Shown piece by piece: positions 1 through 10,694 of a DNA stretch of 64,000 nucleotides. Made by a program: the position numbers and the translations under genes. Position 1 is the first letter of the stretch. The number at the start of each line of letters is the position of its first letter. The stretch is from Lophium mytilinum (taxonomy: Eukaryota): NCBI GenBank assembly GCA_010093605.1, contig MU004194.1:534323-598322 (forward strand). Direction: 5' to 3'. The notes under the pieces were generated by a model. That model saw only the letters and a program-made list of their open reading frames with translations, did not search any database and was not told the origin of the DNA.

Positions 1-2
1 TG

Positions 3-1079
3 GTCAGAGTCGACTATCAACAGCTTCCAGGTGGTGGCACTAAGTATGGGAGACTGAAAGTGCTCAGAGAGTATCAACTTCCTGAAGGAGAGCATGCTGT
101 GTGGTCGGATCATTACAAGAGCGACGTTCACTCAGTGCTGATGTTAGCGACTAATAAGTCGAGAATCATAGCGTTAGAATTGAGGACGATGACCGAGTTG
201 TACACTCTCGAAAATCCTTTGCAACATGGCACCCCAACCTGTTTCTGTCTTGATCGGAGACAGTACTGGCTATTATTGGGAACATCGCACGGCGTGATAG
301 ATCTTTGGGATCTCCGTTTCAGGCTTCGACTCAAAGCATGGTCGTTCCAAGGTGCCTCCCCCATCCACAGAATCGTTCACCAGTCTCTCGGAAGGAGCAA
401 ATTTAAGATACACATTGCCGGAGGGACTGGACAGGGCGAGGTGACGGTCTGGAACATGGAGAAGGTAGTCTGTAAAGATGTGTACCGCACTGGTCTCAGC
501 AAGGACAACCACAAGGGTATGGCTTTGATTGACGTGGACGAGGAAGGGCCAGGGGGCATGCTTGGGCGTTTCGCAACCTCCTTGGAACCCAATGGTAACG
601 TCAATATCGACCGCGGTATACGCGCAATGGTGATAAGAACCCAACCTACCGAGAAGGGGAAGGACTACGAAACCAAGCAGTTGTTCCTACTTACTGCGGG
701 CCCTGATTGGAAAGTCCGGTTCTGGGATACCGTGCGCCCCGAGGCTTCGACGGTGGTCAGTGGGATGGAACTGGACGAAGGCAAACCACAGTACAGCACG
801 AGCCAACTGAGCACGGAGACAGTTGTAGTCACGGAACGACTGTCTCTACCCCATGGTCAGCAATCGTCTTCGAGCGGGCGGGATGGCAGCAGGGCAGCTT
901 CCAACACGTCAGCTAAGAGGGGTAGCACGAAGCCATCCAGGTCGTCTATTATTTCTTTGCAGCAGCAGCATTTATTGCGGAGTCACATGGATAGCGTTTT
1001 AGATGTGGCGTTGCTGGAATACCCATACGGCATGGTGATATCGGCAGACAGGTCGGGTGTGGTTTACGTATTTCAGTAG
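3..1079 (+). CDS. VPS15: Vps15 / PI3K regulatory subunit 4, C-terminal WD40 region (5'-truncated by window)
   Basis: Open frame from the window start with WD40 motifs typical of the Vps15 C-terminus (LENPLQHGTPTCFCLD, WLLLGTSHGVIDLWDLRF, HMDSVLDVALLEYPYGMVISADRSGVVYVFQ*). Confidence 0.85.
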   Translation, partial: VRVDYQQLPGGGTKYGRLKVLREYQLPEGEHAVWSDHYKSDVHSVLMLATNKSRIIALELRTMTELYTLENPLQHGTPTCFCLDRRQYWLLLGTSHGVIDLWDLRFRLRLKAWSFQGASPIHRIVHQSLGRSKFKIHIAGGTGQGEVTVWNMEKVVCKDVYRTGLSKDNHKGMALIDVDEEGPGGMLGRFATSLEPNGNVNIDRGIRAMVIRTQPTEKGKDYETKQLFLLTAGPDWKVRFWDTVRPEASTVVSGMELDEGKPQYSTSQLSTETVVVTERLSLPHGQQSSSSGRDGSRAASNTSAKRGSTKPSRSSIISLQQQHLLRSHMDSVLDVALLEYPYGMVISADRSGVVYVFQ

Positions 1080-1406
1080 CCAGAAGCGGAAGGGAATATA
1101 TATAACAAAATTTAAGAAACCAGCTAGATGTTCCTCCTGAGCATGTTACGAGCCTAAAACGATGAGCTTCGTTCTGTGACCATGGCTGGTGAAGATTATG
1201 GATTACTCTTTCGGTACTAGCGCAACCCCGGATTTTATGGCGGAGGCTCAATCTCAAAAACTGATGGTGACCGCACGACGCCCAGAACACCCCACCTCGT
1301 CGCAAACACACCCAACTTTCGCGCGCGCAACTCACGATCCGACTAATCATTTCCTCTTCCCGGGATTTCGAGATATTCCTACATCACCCGGTGGTGGTTG
1401 CGCAAG

Positions 1407-2501
1407 ATGAGGTTAACGGTGGACGTGATCCAAGGGTCCCTTTCCTACATCAACCCCCTCCTAGAGCGCGAGCTGGACCTACGAGGTGCGTACGCCCTGA
1501 AAAGAGCAGATGCTACACTATGATGAGCTTCATTGATATCAAACCTCTATTCGCGAGGCTACAGGTCACAAGATCCCCACTATTGAGAACTTGGGCGCCG
1601 CAAAAGTGAGTACCGACCCCACCACCTAGTTCACTCCCGGCGGGCATACACGAAGCTCGCTGCTGAAGCGGAAGCAGTTTGAGAACCACGAGCTGACCGG
1701 CGGGCTCGCTCCCCCTCGCGTAGGATCAAGATGCGATCGATTTCACCGACAACGACCTCTCTACTCTAGGAAACTTCCCCCTCAGTCCACGGATACGCAC
1801 GCTGCTGCTGGCCCGGAACCGCATCACGACTATACAACCTGCCTTGTCGAAGAGCATCCCGGGTCTGTACTCGCTCGTGTTGACGGAGAATAACATTTCA
1901 GAACTCTCGGATCTGAATGCTTTGGGCGGGTTCAAGAAGCTCACACATCTGGTGTTGATGGAGAATCCAGTGACGAGGGACACGGTACGTGGAATCTGTG
2001 GCATCGTTATAATTGGGGACTGTTGGCGTGCGCTTGGGTGGCTTTATGGCAAACAAATACTAACGAGTCAGAACTACCGCTCCTGGATCCTTTTCCTATG
2101 CCCGACTGTCCGATTCCTCGACTTCAAGAAGGTCAAGGACACAGAGAGGAGCCAGGCCAAGAGAGTGTTTGGTACAGCCACGGAGCCATCAGCTTTGGCC
2201 TCAGAGGTAAGTACCCCTCTAGGTTCTTAAACACATCTTGACGTTTTCTGACAACTCCTAGATCTTGGGAACCAAGTCTCGCACATTCGAACCTGGAGCG
2301 GCAGTGAATGGCGACGAGTCTGCGTCGAAGGAGAACCGGGTGCAGCTCAAATTGACGGCGGCTCAACAGAAGCGACTTGAGGCACTGCTCAAGAAGGCCA
2401 CGACCATCCAAGAGATCGCGTGGTACGAGAAGGAGATCAGCGAGGGCCGGATACCCCCAGGCGTGTTGGAGTCTGGATCTCCCGAGGTCATGGAGGAGTA
2501 G
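1407..2501 (+). CDS. LEA1: U2 snRNP A' (leucine-rich repeat protein)
   Basis: Exons 1407-1485, 1565-1605, 1724-1984, 2072-2206, 2262-2501 joined by GT-AG introns give MRLTVDVIQGSLSYINPLLERELDLRGHKIPTIENLGAAKDQDAIDFTDNDL...NYRSWILFLCPTVRFLDFKKVKDTER. Confidence 0.93.
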
Positions 2502-2900
2502 TGTGTTAAGGTGCTTGAGCAGGTAGCCCGAGGGCAGGAATGGATCTTTCCTTGTCTGAATTGGAGTAAGCGGAAATTGTCAATGACATGTACCGCCAAG
2601 TGGAAGCTATTGGCTTTGCAAAAATACAATACCTAGTCAAGGCATCTCAGACGGTGCCAAACCAGACTACATACAAGGGAACACTTCACGTGAAACTGTG
2701 AAGGTCATCGATTGCTCGTTTGAACTACGTGTCGTGGTAACTTAGCGTGCTTTTCCGAATCTGATCGATCGTTGGTGTACGATTCCGAGCCTCCCGACTC
2801 CTAGTGCCGCAGATGATTGAATAAACCCGCAGCCCAGAGGTATCCTACATCCCCAAGCCATAAACGCCTTTTAATGCAGACGATTCTACCGCAGTAGAGC

Positions 2901-4520
2901 CTACCACCTTCCACCCCTTCTCCCTCCTCCACCTCTCCCACCACCACCACCATAGTTCCCTCCGCCACCTTGACCTTGCCCATAATTTCCATATCCCGAT
3001 TGATTCGGCTGGCCATACCCCTGGTTCGGCTGCTGCTGCTGCGGCTGCTGCTGTTGTCCTGGCATGCCCTGGCCCATGCTCGCCATGAACGCGTTGAAGT
3101 CCAGTTGTGATGGATCCGTGACACCTTGCTGCATCATAGCCGCCTGCATCGCCTGCATCATCTGCTCCTCGTTCATGCCCATCATACCCCCCATCCCGCC
3201 CATCCCACCCATAGCCGCCATGGGGTTATTCTGCGCTGCAGGGCCAGTGGGCGCACCGGGAACGGGAGGCGCCGCGCTGGCGTTTGTCGGCATGGGCGCG
3301 GCACCAAACATGCGCTGGAACTGCTCCGTCTCAGCTTTCTGCGCGGTCAGCGTCGAGGCCATGGACGCCTGCTTCTGGCGGTACATCTCCCACGTGAACT
3401 CGTCGAAGCCGTAGTTGAAGTAGTCGGACTGGTCAGCGCCAGGAAGTCGCCAGGGTTTGGTGCTTTCAGCGAGGTCTGTGGAGAAGAGAGGGTGTTAGTG
3501 TAGTTCTTTGTGAGGTTTGTGAGGAATGTTTGCGGGAGGGGGGCAGAGGGTGGGCGGCGTACCTGCATCGATGTCGATTTGAGAGACGGTTTTGCCCACG
3601 GGCGGGTAGATAGGGTCGGCGTTGACGTCTATTGTGGATGCTCGGACTTCTGGGAAGCTGGTTCCTAGTTGTTGGGGTGCGCTGGGAGCTGTTGGAGTCG
3701 CTAGAGAGGCCTTTGGGGCACTCCCTTGTTGCTGTGCTAGACGAGATGAAGAGGGCTCAGCGGGAGCCCGTGATACTTCCTTAGTAGACTCGGCGGCAGG
3801 TTTTCTATTATGTGTCAGAGTGGCGGCGGGGAGCCTCCCGATGGACGGGCGCAGAGATGGAAGCTCAGAGGAACTCACATTGTGGGCTTTGATTCTTCCT
3901 GTTGGGGCCGGTCTGTGATAATCTCGATGTCCTGCGGCGCGTCAATAGCTGCGGCGAGTGCGCTCTAGCTTCGCGCTGCTCACCGAGTCGCTCTCCTCTT
4001 CCTCTTCCTCCTCCTCTCCAGACTCGAGCTCTGCGTCCAATGTGTCGTCTTTATCTGCTGATGGCCTATTAGACGCGTCGTGCTTCGTCTCACTCTGGTC
4101 GCCGCCGATAGCATTGGAGCTATCCGGCCCGTAGAATTCATCATCGTCTTCTTCCATCTTGAGGTCGACTTTGGGATCGAAAGCTCGATTGGTATGCGGG
4201 TCCCACGGGACAAGGGTGTAGATATTGTGGTAGGCGGCGTAGACCTTGCGAGCCTCGTAGATAAGTTCGCGCTCCGGGTGCTTGTAGGGGTTATTTGTGC
4301 TGAAGAGGAGCTGGAGCAGTCTCTTGCCAATTGTGAACTTTGCTTTGGAGGTGTCGTCGCTGTGGAGTGGGATGGTTCAGCACGGAGCTCTCTATAGGTA
4401 GAATAGTGTGAAAGCTTAAATCGCAACACCAAATACCAAGACTTACAGGTACGGCTCAATAGTACACGACTTGTAGGCCACCACCTCACCTGGAATCGCA
4501 TTCAAGTATTCTCCCGCCAT
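2901..4520 (-). CDS. FIP1: Pre-mRNA 3'-end processing factor Fip1 (conventional start 4157; probable extended start 4520)
   Basis: Spliced Fip1 motif [26 protein letters not shown], acidic N-terminal segment, Q/G/RGG-rich tail. An upstream exon at 4520-4447 splices in frame (see findings). Confidence 0.92.
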
Positions 4521-4874
4521 CTTCGTCTCTTTTTGTCGCCTTTTCCGGTGCTTTTGCCCGCCTCTCAGGCTCCGTTGCGGAGGAAGCGGCCATTCCCCGT
4601 TTGCCATTGAATTGACGACCTGGCCAGAATCTCTCGAATCACACTCTGGTGGCAGCTTCTTGAAGTCGTCTATCTTGGACTTCGTCTTCGCAGTTCGCCG
4701 GAATCGACGCGCTGCCTGGACTGGCGCCTTTTATAGGTCTGGTAATTTCTGGCAGCCGCCTCCGACCCGCATCCACCAATTCACCACCTCACTTGTCGAC
4801 TTGAAAACGAAAGCAGCACAGATTGCGCCTGTACAAACCCCTCCCGCAGCGTTTCTTCGACATCTCCAGCAATC

Positions 4875-6337
4875 ATGACAGGCTTTGGGAGGTCCAACTC
4901 GTTGAGCATCAACACGGGCAGTTCCCTTTTGTAAGTCATCTCTCCTGGGAACCGCGTATGCGCGTAGAATTTGCAGCTTGTACTGACAGTCATCTGCCTC
5001 ACAGTGGAAACACCAATGCCAACCAGGGTCAGCAGAGCGCCGGACTCTTTGGAGCTTCGACAAATGCATCCCAACCACAGCAAAGCGGCGGTCTCTTTGG
5101 CCAGCAGTCGACATCGCAGCCGCAGAGTGGAGGACTCTTTGGTGCTTCAGCAACAGCGGCGCCCCAACAGAGCGGAGGACTTTTCGGGAACCTACAAAAA
5201 CCTGCTCAACAGCAGACAGGGAGCTTGTTCGGACAATCGACTGCGCAACCACAACCGCAACAGCAGCAGACTCAAAATCAACCCCAATCGGGAGGACTAT
5301 TCGGAAACCTAGGCCAGCAGAAACCCGCCACACCGTCACTATTGTAAGTAAGGGGCGCCGTCCTCACGGTTCTTTGTTGCACGCGCATGCAAACTAACAT
5401 TCCTTACAGCGGCTCTAATCAAGCTAAACCCTCCCCTTCACTATTTGGTGCCTCCCTCCAACAACCCCAGCAGCAACAGACTCAGCCGCAACCATCTCTA
5501 TTCGGTGGTATGGCACCCCAGAACACACAGGCCAACACGCTCGGAGGCGGGCTGGGGCAATGGGGCCAAACGCAACAAGCAGCGTCCTTTTCACAGCATA
5601 CAGGCGCTGGACTCGGATACGAAGACGCGGCACGAATCCGCGGCACGACCCAGTTCACAGACCTCAAAATCTCTCTCCAGAACGACATCGAAGCCATCGA
5701 GAAGTCCATCCAGGACCACATCTCCTGGGCGCGCAAGAACACCGAATCCCTCGCCGCGCACGGCGCCCACGTCGCCCAGCTGCCGCCCGATGTCGCCTAC
5801 GTGCAAGAGAAGTTCAAGACGATGGAGCTGGCCATGGACAACGACGTCGTCGCGCTCGACCACGTGAAGCAGATCCAGAAGAAGGATGAGCAGGATGTGC
5901 AGCTCCTGCACCGCGCGATCCAGAACATGACGCTCCCGCAGCACTACCACTACGCCAGCATGCGGGGCCTGAATGCCGCGAACACCTCGTCATCGGCAGC
6001 AGCGGCAACGGGAGACGACGACGATCAGTACGGCAAGCCGGTGGACCTAGTTGCGTACTTCTCGCAACGCGGCGAGGCGTTGGATGCAACCTTGACGCAG
6101 TATAACAAGCAGATTCGCGAGATCGAGGCGCATCTACGGACGGTGGAGTCGGGGGCTGTGCAGCGCGAGAGGGAGCTGATGGCGCAAGCGCAGGGTGGGA
6201 GCACGCGTGGGAACGAGAAGCAGGAGCTTTTCGATGCCTTGAAGGCCATTGAAGGCGCCATCTTCCAGGTTGCCAGCAAGGTGGGAACGGCGCGGGAGAT
6301 GGTCGTCAAAGAGACGCTCGGGGCGGTAGGGAGGTAG
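4875..6337 (+). CDS. NUP49: FG-repeat nucleoporin, Nup49/Nup58-like
   Basis: Exons 4875-4930, 5005-5343, 5410-6337. GGLFG/SLFG repeats followed by RIRGTTQFTDL and a coiled-coil C-terminus. Confidence 0.75.
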
Positions 6338-6598
6338 GGCGACGATGACAGTTGTAATTGCCTTGGATCTGGCATTTTTGAGCGTCTTAGATGGCACTCA
6401 TTGGGGAGTTTATGGTGCAAAATGAGCATTTAGCTAGCGAGCTGAAAGCAGCTACATAACACAAGGTTAGGCTTCACAAGAAGCAGAATATTCACACGAA
6501 GGCACAGTTCACAAAAGATTACCCGTGTTATCATTATCTACCAGATCGTTTTCCGCATTCGTCCATCCAACCAATGTCATTCCCATCTCTTTGCCTCC

Positions 6599-7911
6599 TT
6601 ACTTCAACACGGCCTTCACAGCGGCCACCTCCTCCTCCTTTTCCAAGATATCTGGCAACGGTCCTACCGGCGTAATAGCAAACGGGTTTATCTGCGCATG
6701 GCTCTTAGTATAGTGCTTCTTGATATGCTCAAACTGCGTCGTCTCCCCAAACGCCGGAATATCCCAATACAGGTGCCTCAACCACTTATGCAAAGCCGGG
6801 AAGCCGGAGCGGATGTCGGCGATGTTGCACTTGAAGTGCTGCACGTATACGGGGTCAAATCTCACGATAGTCGTGTAAAGGCGAATATCCGCTTCAGTGA
6901 CGTGGGGAGCGGAGTGGAGGTAGGCGGTTTTGGAGGCGGCGAGGTGGGATTCGATGCGTGTGAGGGACGAAAAGAGGGTGTGGACGGCTTTTTCGTAGGC
7001 TTCTTGGGTGCTGGAAGATGTGAGTGTTTAATAGGGGGCCGGATGGCAGGAGGGAGGAGAGTGTGTGCTCACGTTGCGAAACCAGACTTGTAGACGCCGT
7101 TGTTGATGTCGTTGTAGACCCACTCGTTCTGCTCTTCGATCTCTTTCTGTAAGTTCTGCGGGAATAGGTCCAGGGCTTTGTGCTTGTCGTCCAGCAGGTC
7201 GTCGAAGGCGGAGTAGAACATGCGGATGATCTCGCTGCTTTCGTTGTTCACGATTCGCTGGGCTTTCTTGTCGTAGAGGGTTGGCACAGTGAAGCGTCCT
7301 TGGTAGTCCGGGTTCTGTTGGTAGTAGATGTCCTGGAGATGTGTGAAGTCGGGGTGGACTGGGTCGGGAGTGGTATTCTCCCCGGGGACGTTCTCTTCTG
7401 CTGTTGCAAATCGCCATCCTAAGAAGCATAAGCTTAGATTCTAGATATCATCATTGGACAGGGTGTACCTTTGGCGCCCATGTGCCAGTGTACTGAAGTG
7501 AAGGGGATAATATCTTGGAGACCCTTCAAGTTTCTTGCAATAAGTGTACGGTGTGCTTCGATTCGTTAGCGTTGAGAGTGATGCATTTCGAGGAATACTG
7601 ACCCCAGGGGCACGCATATGAGACATAAAGGTGATATCGGCCTTTCTCAGCGGGGAACTCGGCGCCTGGATCCTTTGAGATGAACGATCTGAAGACAGAT
7701 TGCTGCCTCTTGAATTCGCCGCTTTTGTCCCCGGGAAGAACCCAATTGAGGATGTTCTTTTTATCTTCTGACTTCAAGGCATCAGTACACGAATAGTTCA
7801 GTTGGAAGACTAGAGAACACAAACCATGCTGGTGCTGAGAGCTCTTATAGTCGATGTTGGGCTTTGTATATGATTGTTTATCAGTCGTAGACGAGCGAGA
7901 ATCACGTTCAT
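6599..7911 (-). CDS. ECM4: Glutathionyl-hydroquinone reductase (Xi/omega-like GST)
   Basis: Multi-exon model gives [63 protein letters not shown] and [10 protein letters not shown]. Two in-frame ATGs (7911, 7827). Confidence 0.9.
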
Positions 7912-8484
7912 TAATCTCGCAAATCGAGTCGAGGATTGAAGAAGCTTAAAAGAAGCTACAGATCAAGACTAAGATACTAAGTGAGAAGAAACGTGGGAGT
8001 GCTGAAGCTTTAAGTGGTGCAATATTTCGAGAGCGGGGTGGCTCCGCGATGCTGCTCGTCATCAAACAAAGGCGCCGCTAAGAAAGCTTGACATCGCTGT
8101 GTCGATGTTTATTCAGCATCATGAAGACCTGACAAACGTGAATCGTTCCAGCTTCACAACGCATTGCAAATGGATTATGCAACGTGATACAAATACTTCT
8201 CTGATGGTCCAGCTGTTATGTCATGTACTCTGGGAGAATAAATAACCGAGTTACAGCGATAAAGCAACTGGTATTCTATCTGAGTCTAGTCCAACACCGA
8301 CGTTCTCCAAGCCTGTCAGTAGAACCTGTAGATAATATCAAGTATTCTGGACTCGCAAAGACTGGATCTCGCTACAAGTATAGTTTGGCATCTATATTCG
8401 AAGATGTTTCTGTCTAAGAGCATCATCTATAGACCATCAAGCCTGCGAAGAAGAACTGTCGTTATATTCGAATTTTTCCGGCTT

Positions 8485-8501
8485 CACGTGACTTTCACGT
8501 G
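8485..8501. promoter_or_regulatory. Tandem CACGTG E-boxes (possible bHLH sites)
   Basis: TCACGTGACTTTCACGTGA: two E-boxes starting 11 bp apart in the intergenic region upstream of ECM4. Confidence 0.3.
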
Positions 8502-10694
8502 AGCTTCGGTTAGCTTAGACGTCTGTGCATTCGAAGACAAGCCCATCACTTCGATGGTGCTGTGGTGCCAATGAAACTACAGCTGAGGCTTTAACCATGG
8601 CTCTGGGAAGACAGCATCAGATGCAGCGGGTCTTAATGGCACCATGACAGGTCGAACCGCGGTTCAGTGTATTGGGAGAAGTAAATTGGGATACGACATC
8701 TCTTAGAAGTCCGGAAATAGCTACATGTGAGGGGCTGGGCTTGGATATTTTGGTCGAGGGGCCCTAGTATCTCGACGGGTAGGTCTTGGGGCGGTGCGTG
8801 TTCCATGGTTGAGGTTTTAGGTGGTAGAGCTCACAGGACGACACCCCCACAATCTCCTTCCCTTCTCGTGCAGGCGCGCAGACAGCCACGCTGGGCCAGC
8901 GCTGAGGTGCAGACGATGAACATCAGATCGGTGGACTGTCTCTCTACGGCGCCGTTGCGGCCGCTGGAGACGGGTGGGGTGCATGCATTACACGAGGTGT
9001 GGAAACGCTGACTGTGACCTTGAAACAACTACAACGTCCTTCGCGCAATGGTTGCGCACTGCAAAAGCTGAGGAGCTCCCAGTTACCCGGGTCGATCAAG
9101 CCTCACGCTGCTTCGAGAATGGGCAGTGGGGCGTCTGAGGAGTGATGCGCGCTCCAGGGCGCAGTTCCGACGGCCAGCGCATCGCATGCCCACGCTTCAT
9201 CCATCGTAGCATTGCGGGAAGGGCCGGTACCTAGGTATGCATGCGCAGGGTGCTGACCGATACCGTCCGTCGGTACCTCGTCCGTATTGCGGGAAAAGAA
9301 GGGCAAAAGCAGACATGCAATGCTCGCCCACGAGGCCAGCAAAACGACGGGGGATCGCCCTGCCTCTGTCGCAGGCCAGCTCGTCACTTGCACACTACTC
9401 CTCCTCCACGGCGTGCCTGACCTGGAAAGCCGCGGGGATGATGTCAGGGCGCTAGGGTTGGTAGATCGCTCGCACGCGGTGCACCGTTCTTTTTAGGTTT
9501 CTGCAAGGCCAGCGTGATGGTCAAATGGCCCTGCGTCTGTGGTCTCAGGCCGCAGGTCCAATACCCTCGTGCATAGGCGTGCAGGCCGTCTCCGCCAGAG
9601 CTGCGTCGGTATGAGGCAGACAGTGGGGAGATGATATACCCGTGATGCAGCTGTGATTGGCAGCATCGAGATTCGGCTCATCTGGCGGTCGGCCAGCAGT
9701 CACCCAGCAGTCACCCAGCAGCAAGGCCGCGGACAGTTCCACGTTGATTCTAGAGCCTGCAGCCAGTCTGGCGAGCGAGTGTTGCCACTCAGGGCGCGGT
9801 GGCAGCGACTCGTGACAAGAGCAAGCGTGTGGAGGGTTGCCACCTGGCGGCGGTTCTCTATGTTTTGAATACGCTAAAGCTGTGTGCTGATGAACTATAC
9901 GCCCTGTCATCAGCCCGTGAAACTGGCATACCACGTGCGCACAGGCATACCGTGAGGAGGGTTTCAAGCAGTATCAAAGGTAGATAGGTTGTGGGCAAGC
10001 TGCTAGCATGCTATTGACGGAGTTCGACGTTATATCAGAGTTCTAGCGTAGTGTTAGCAGTGTGACTGGTTAAAAACGATGCTGTGAGCCCACAAGCCTG
10101 CTGTGCTGCTGTCGCGCGGGTCCCTTTTAGCACCAATCAGCCCTTTACTGTTAGCCTGCCCGGTGTTATTTACAGCAGTGTGAATGTATTATACTATATA
10201 CCGTTCTAGTCTAGCAAGATCTGCCAATGACGCGCAAAACAGCCACCGAGCCGACGCTGCAGCAAGAAGGCTCATTCGGCCCACTGGCTCACGGCGCAAA
10301 GCTCACGGCGCACTCGCGGGCTGCAAACCAGCTTTATTATTCCCCGACCGCCCCCAGCATCGGCCGCCCTACTGCTGTCCGGCAGCTCCGTGGCGGGTCG
10401 TCCAGCGTCAACGGGCCCTACGCCGGCACTGTCTCCCTCGCAGGCCTCCCCCATCGGCCTGCCCTCCTTGCATCATAACTTAAATCAGGACGCCCTCCCG
10501 TGCGCCCGCCGTCTCCTTCGTTCCCACGCCGCCGCACCGCCATGAAGCCGAACGCCTCGCCACCACTCACGCGAATCTCACCCGCCGCCATCCACGACCC
10601 CCGGTAGCACCGTCTCCCAACTCCACCCGGCGCATGGCCTTCGTCGCAACACAACCACCTCTCCAGCGACCTCGCGATACCCGCTGGTCGCCCG

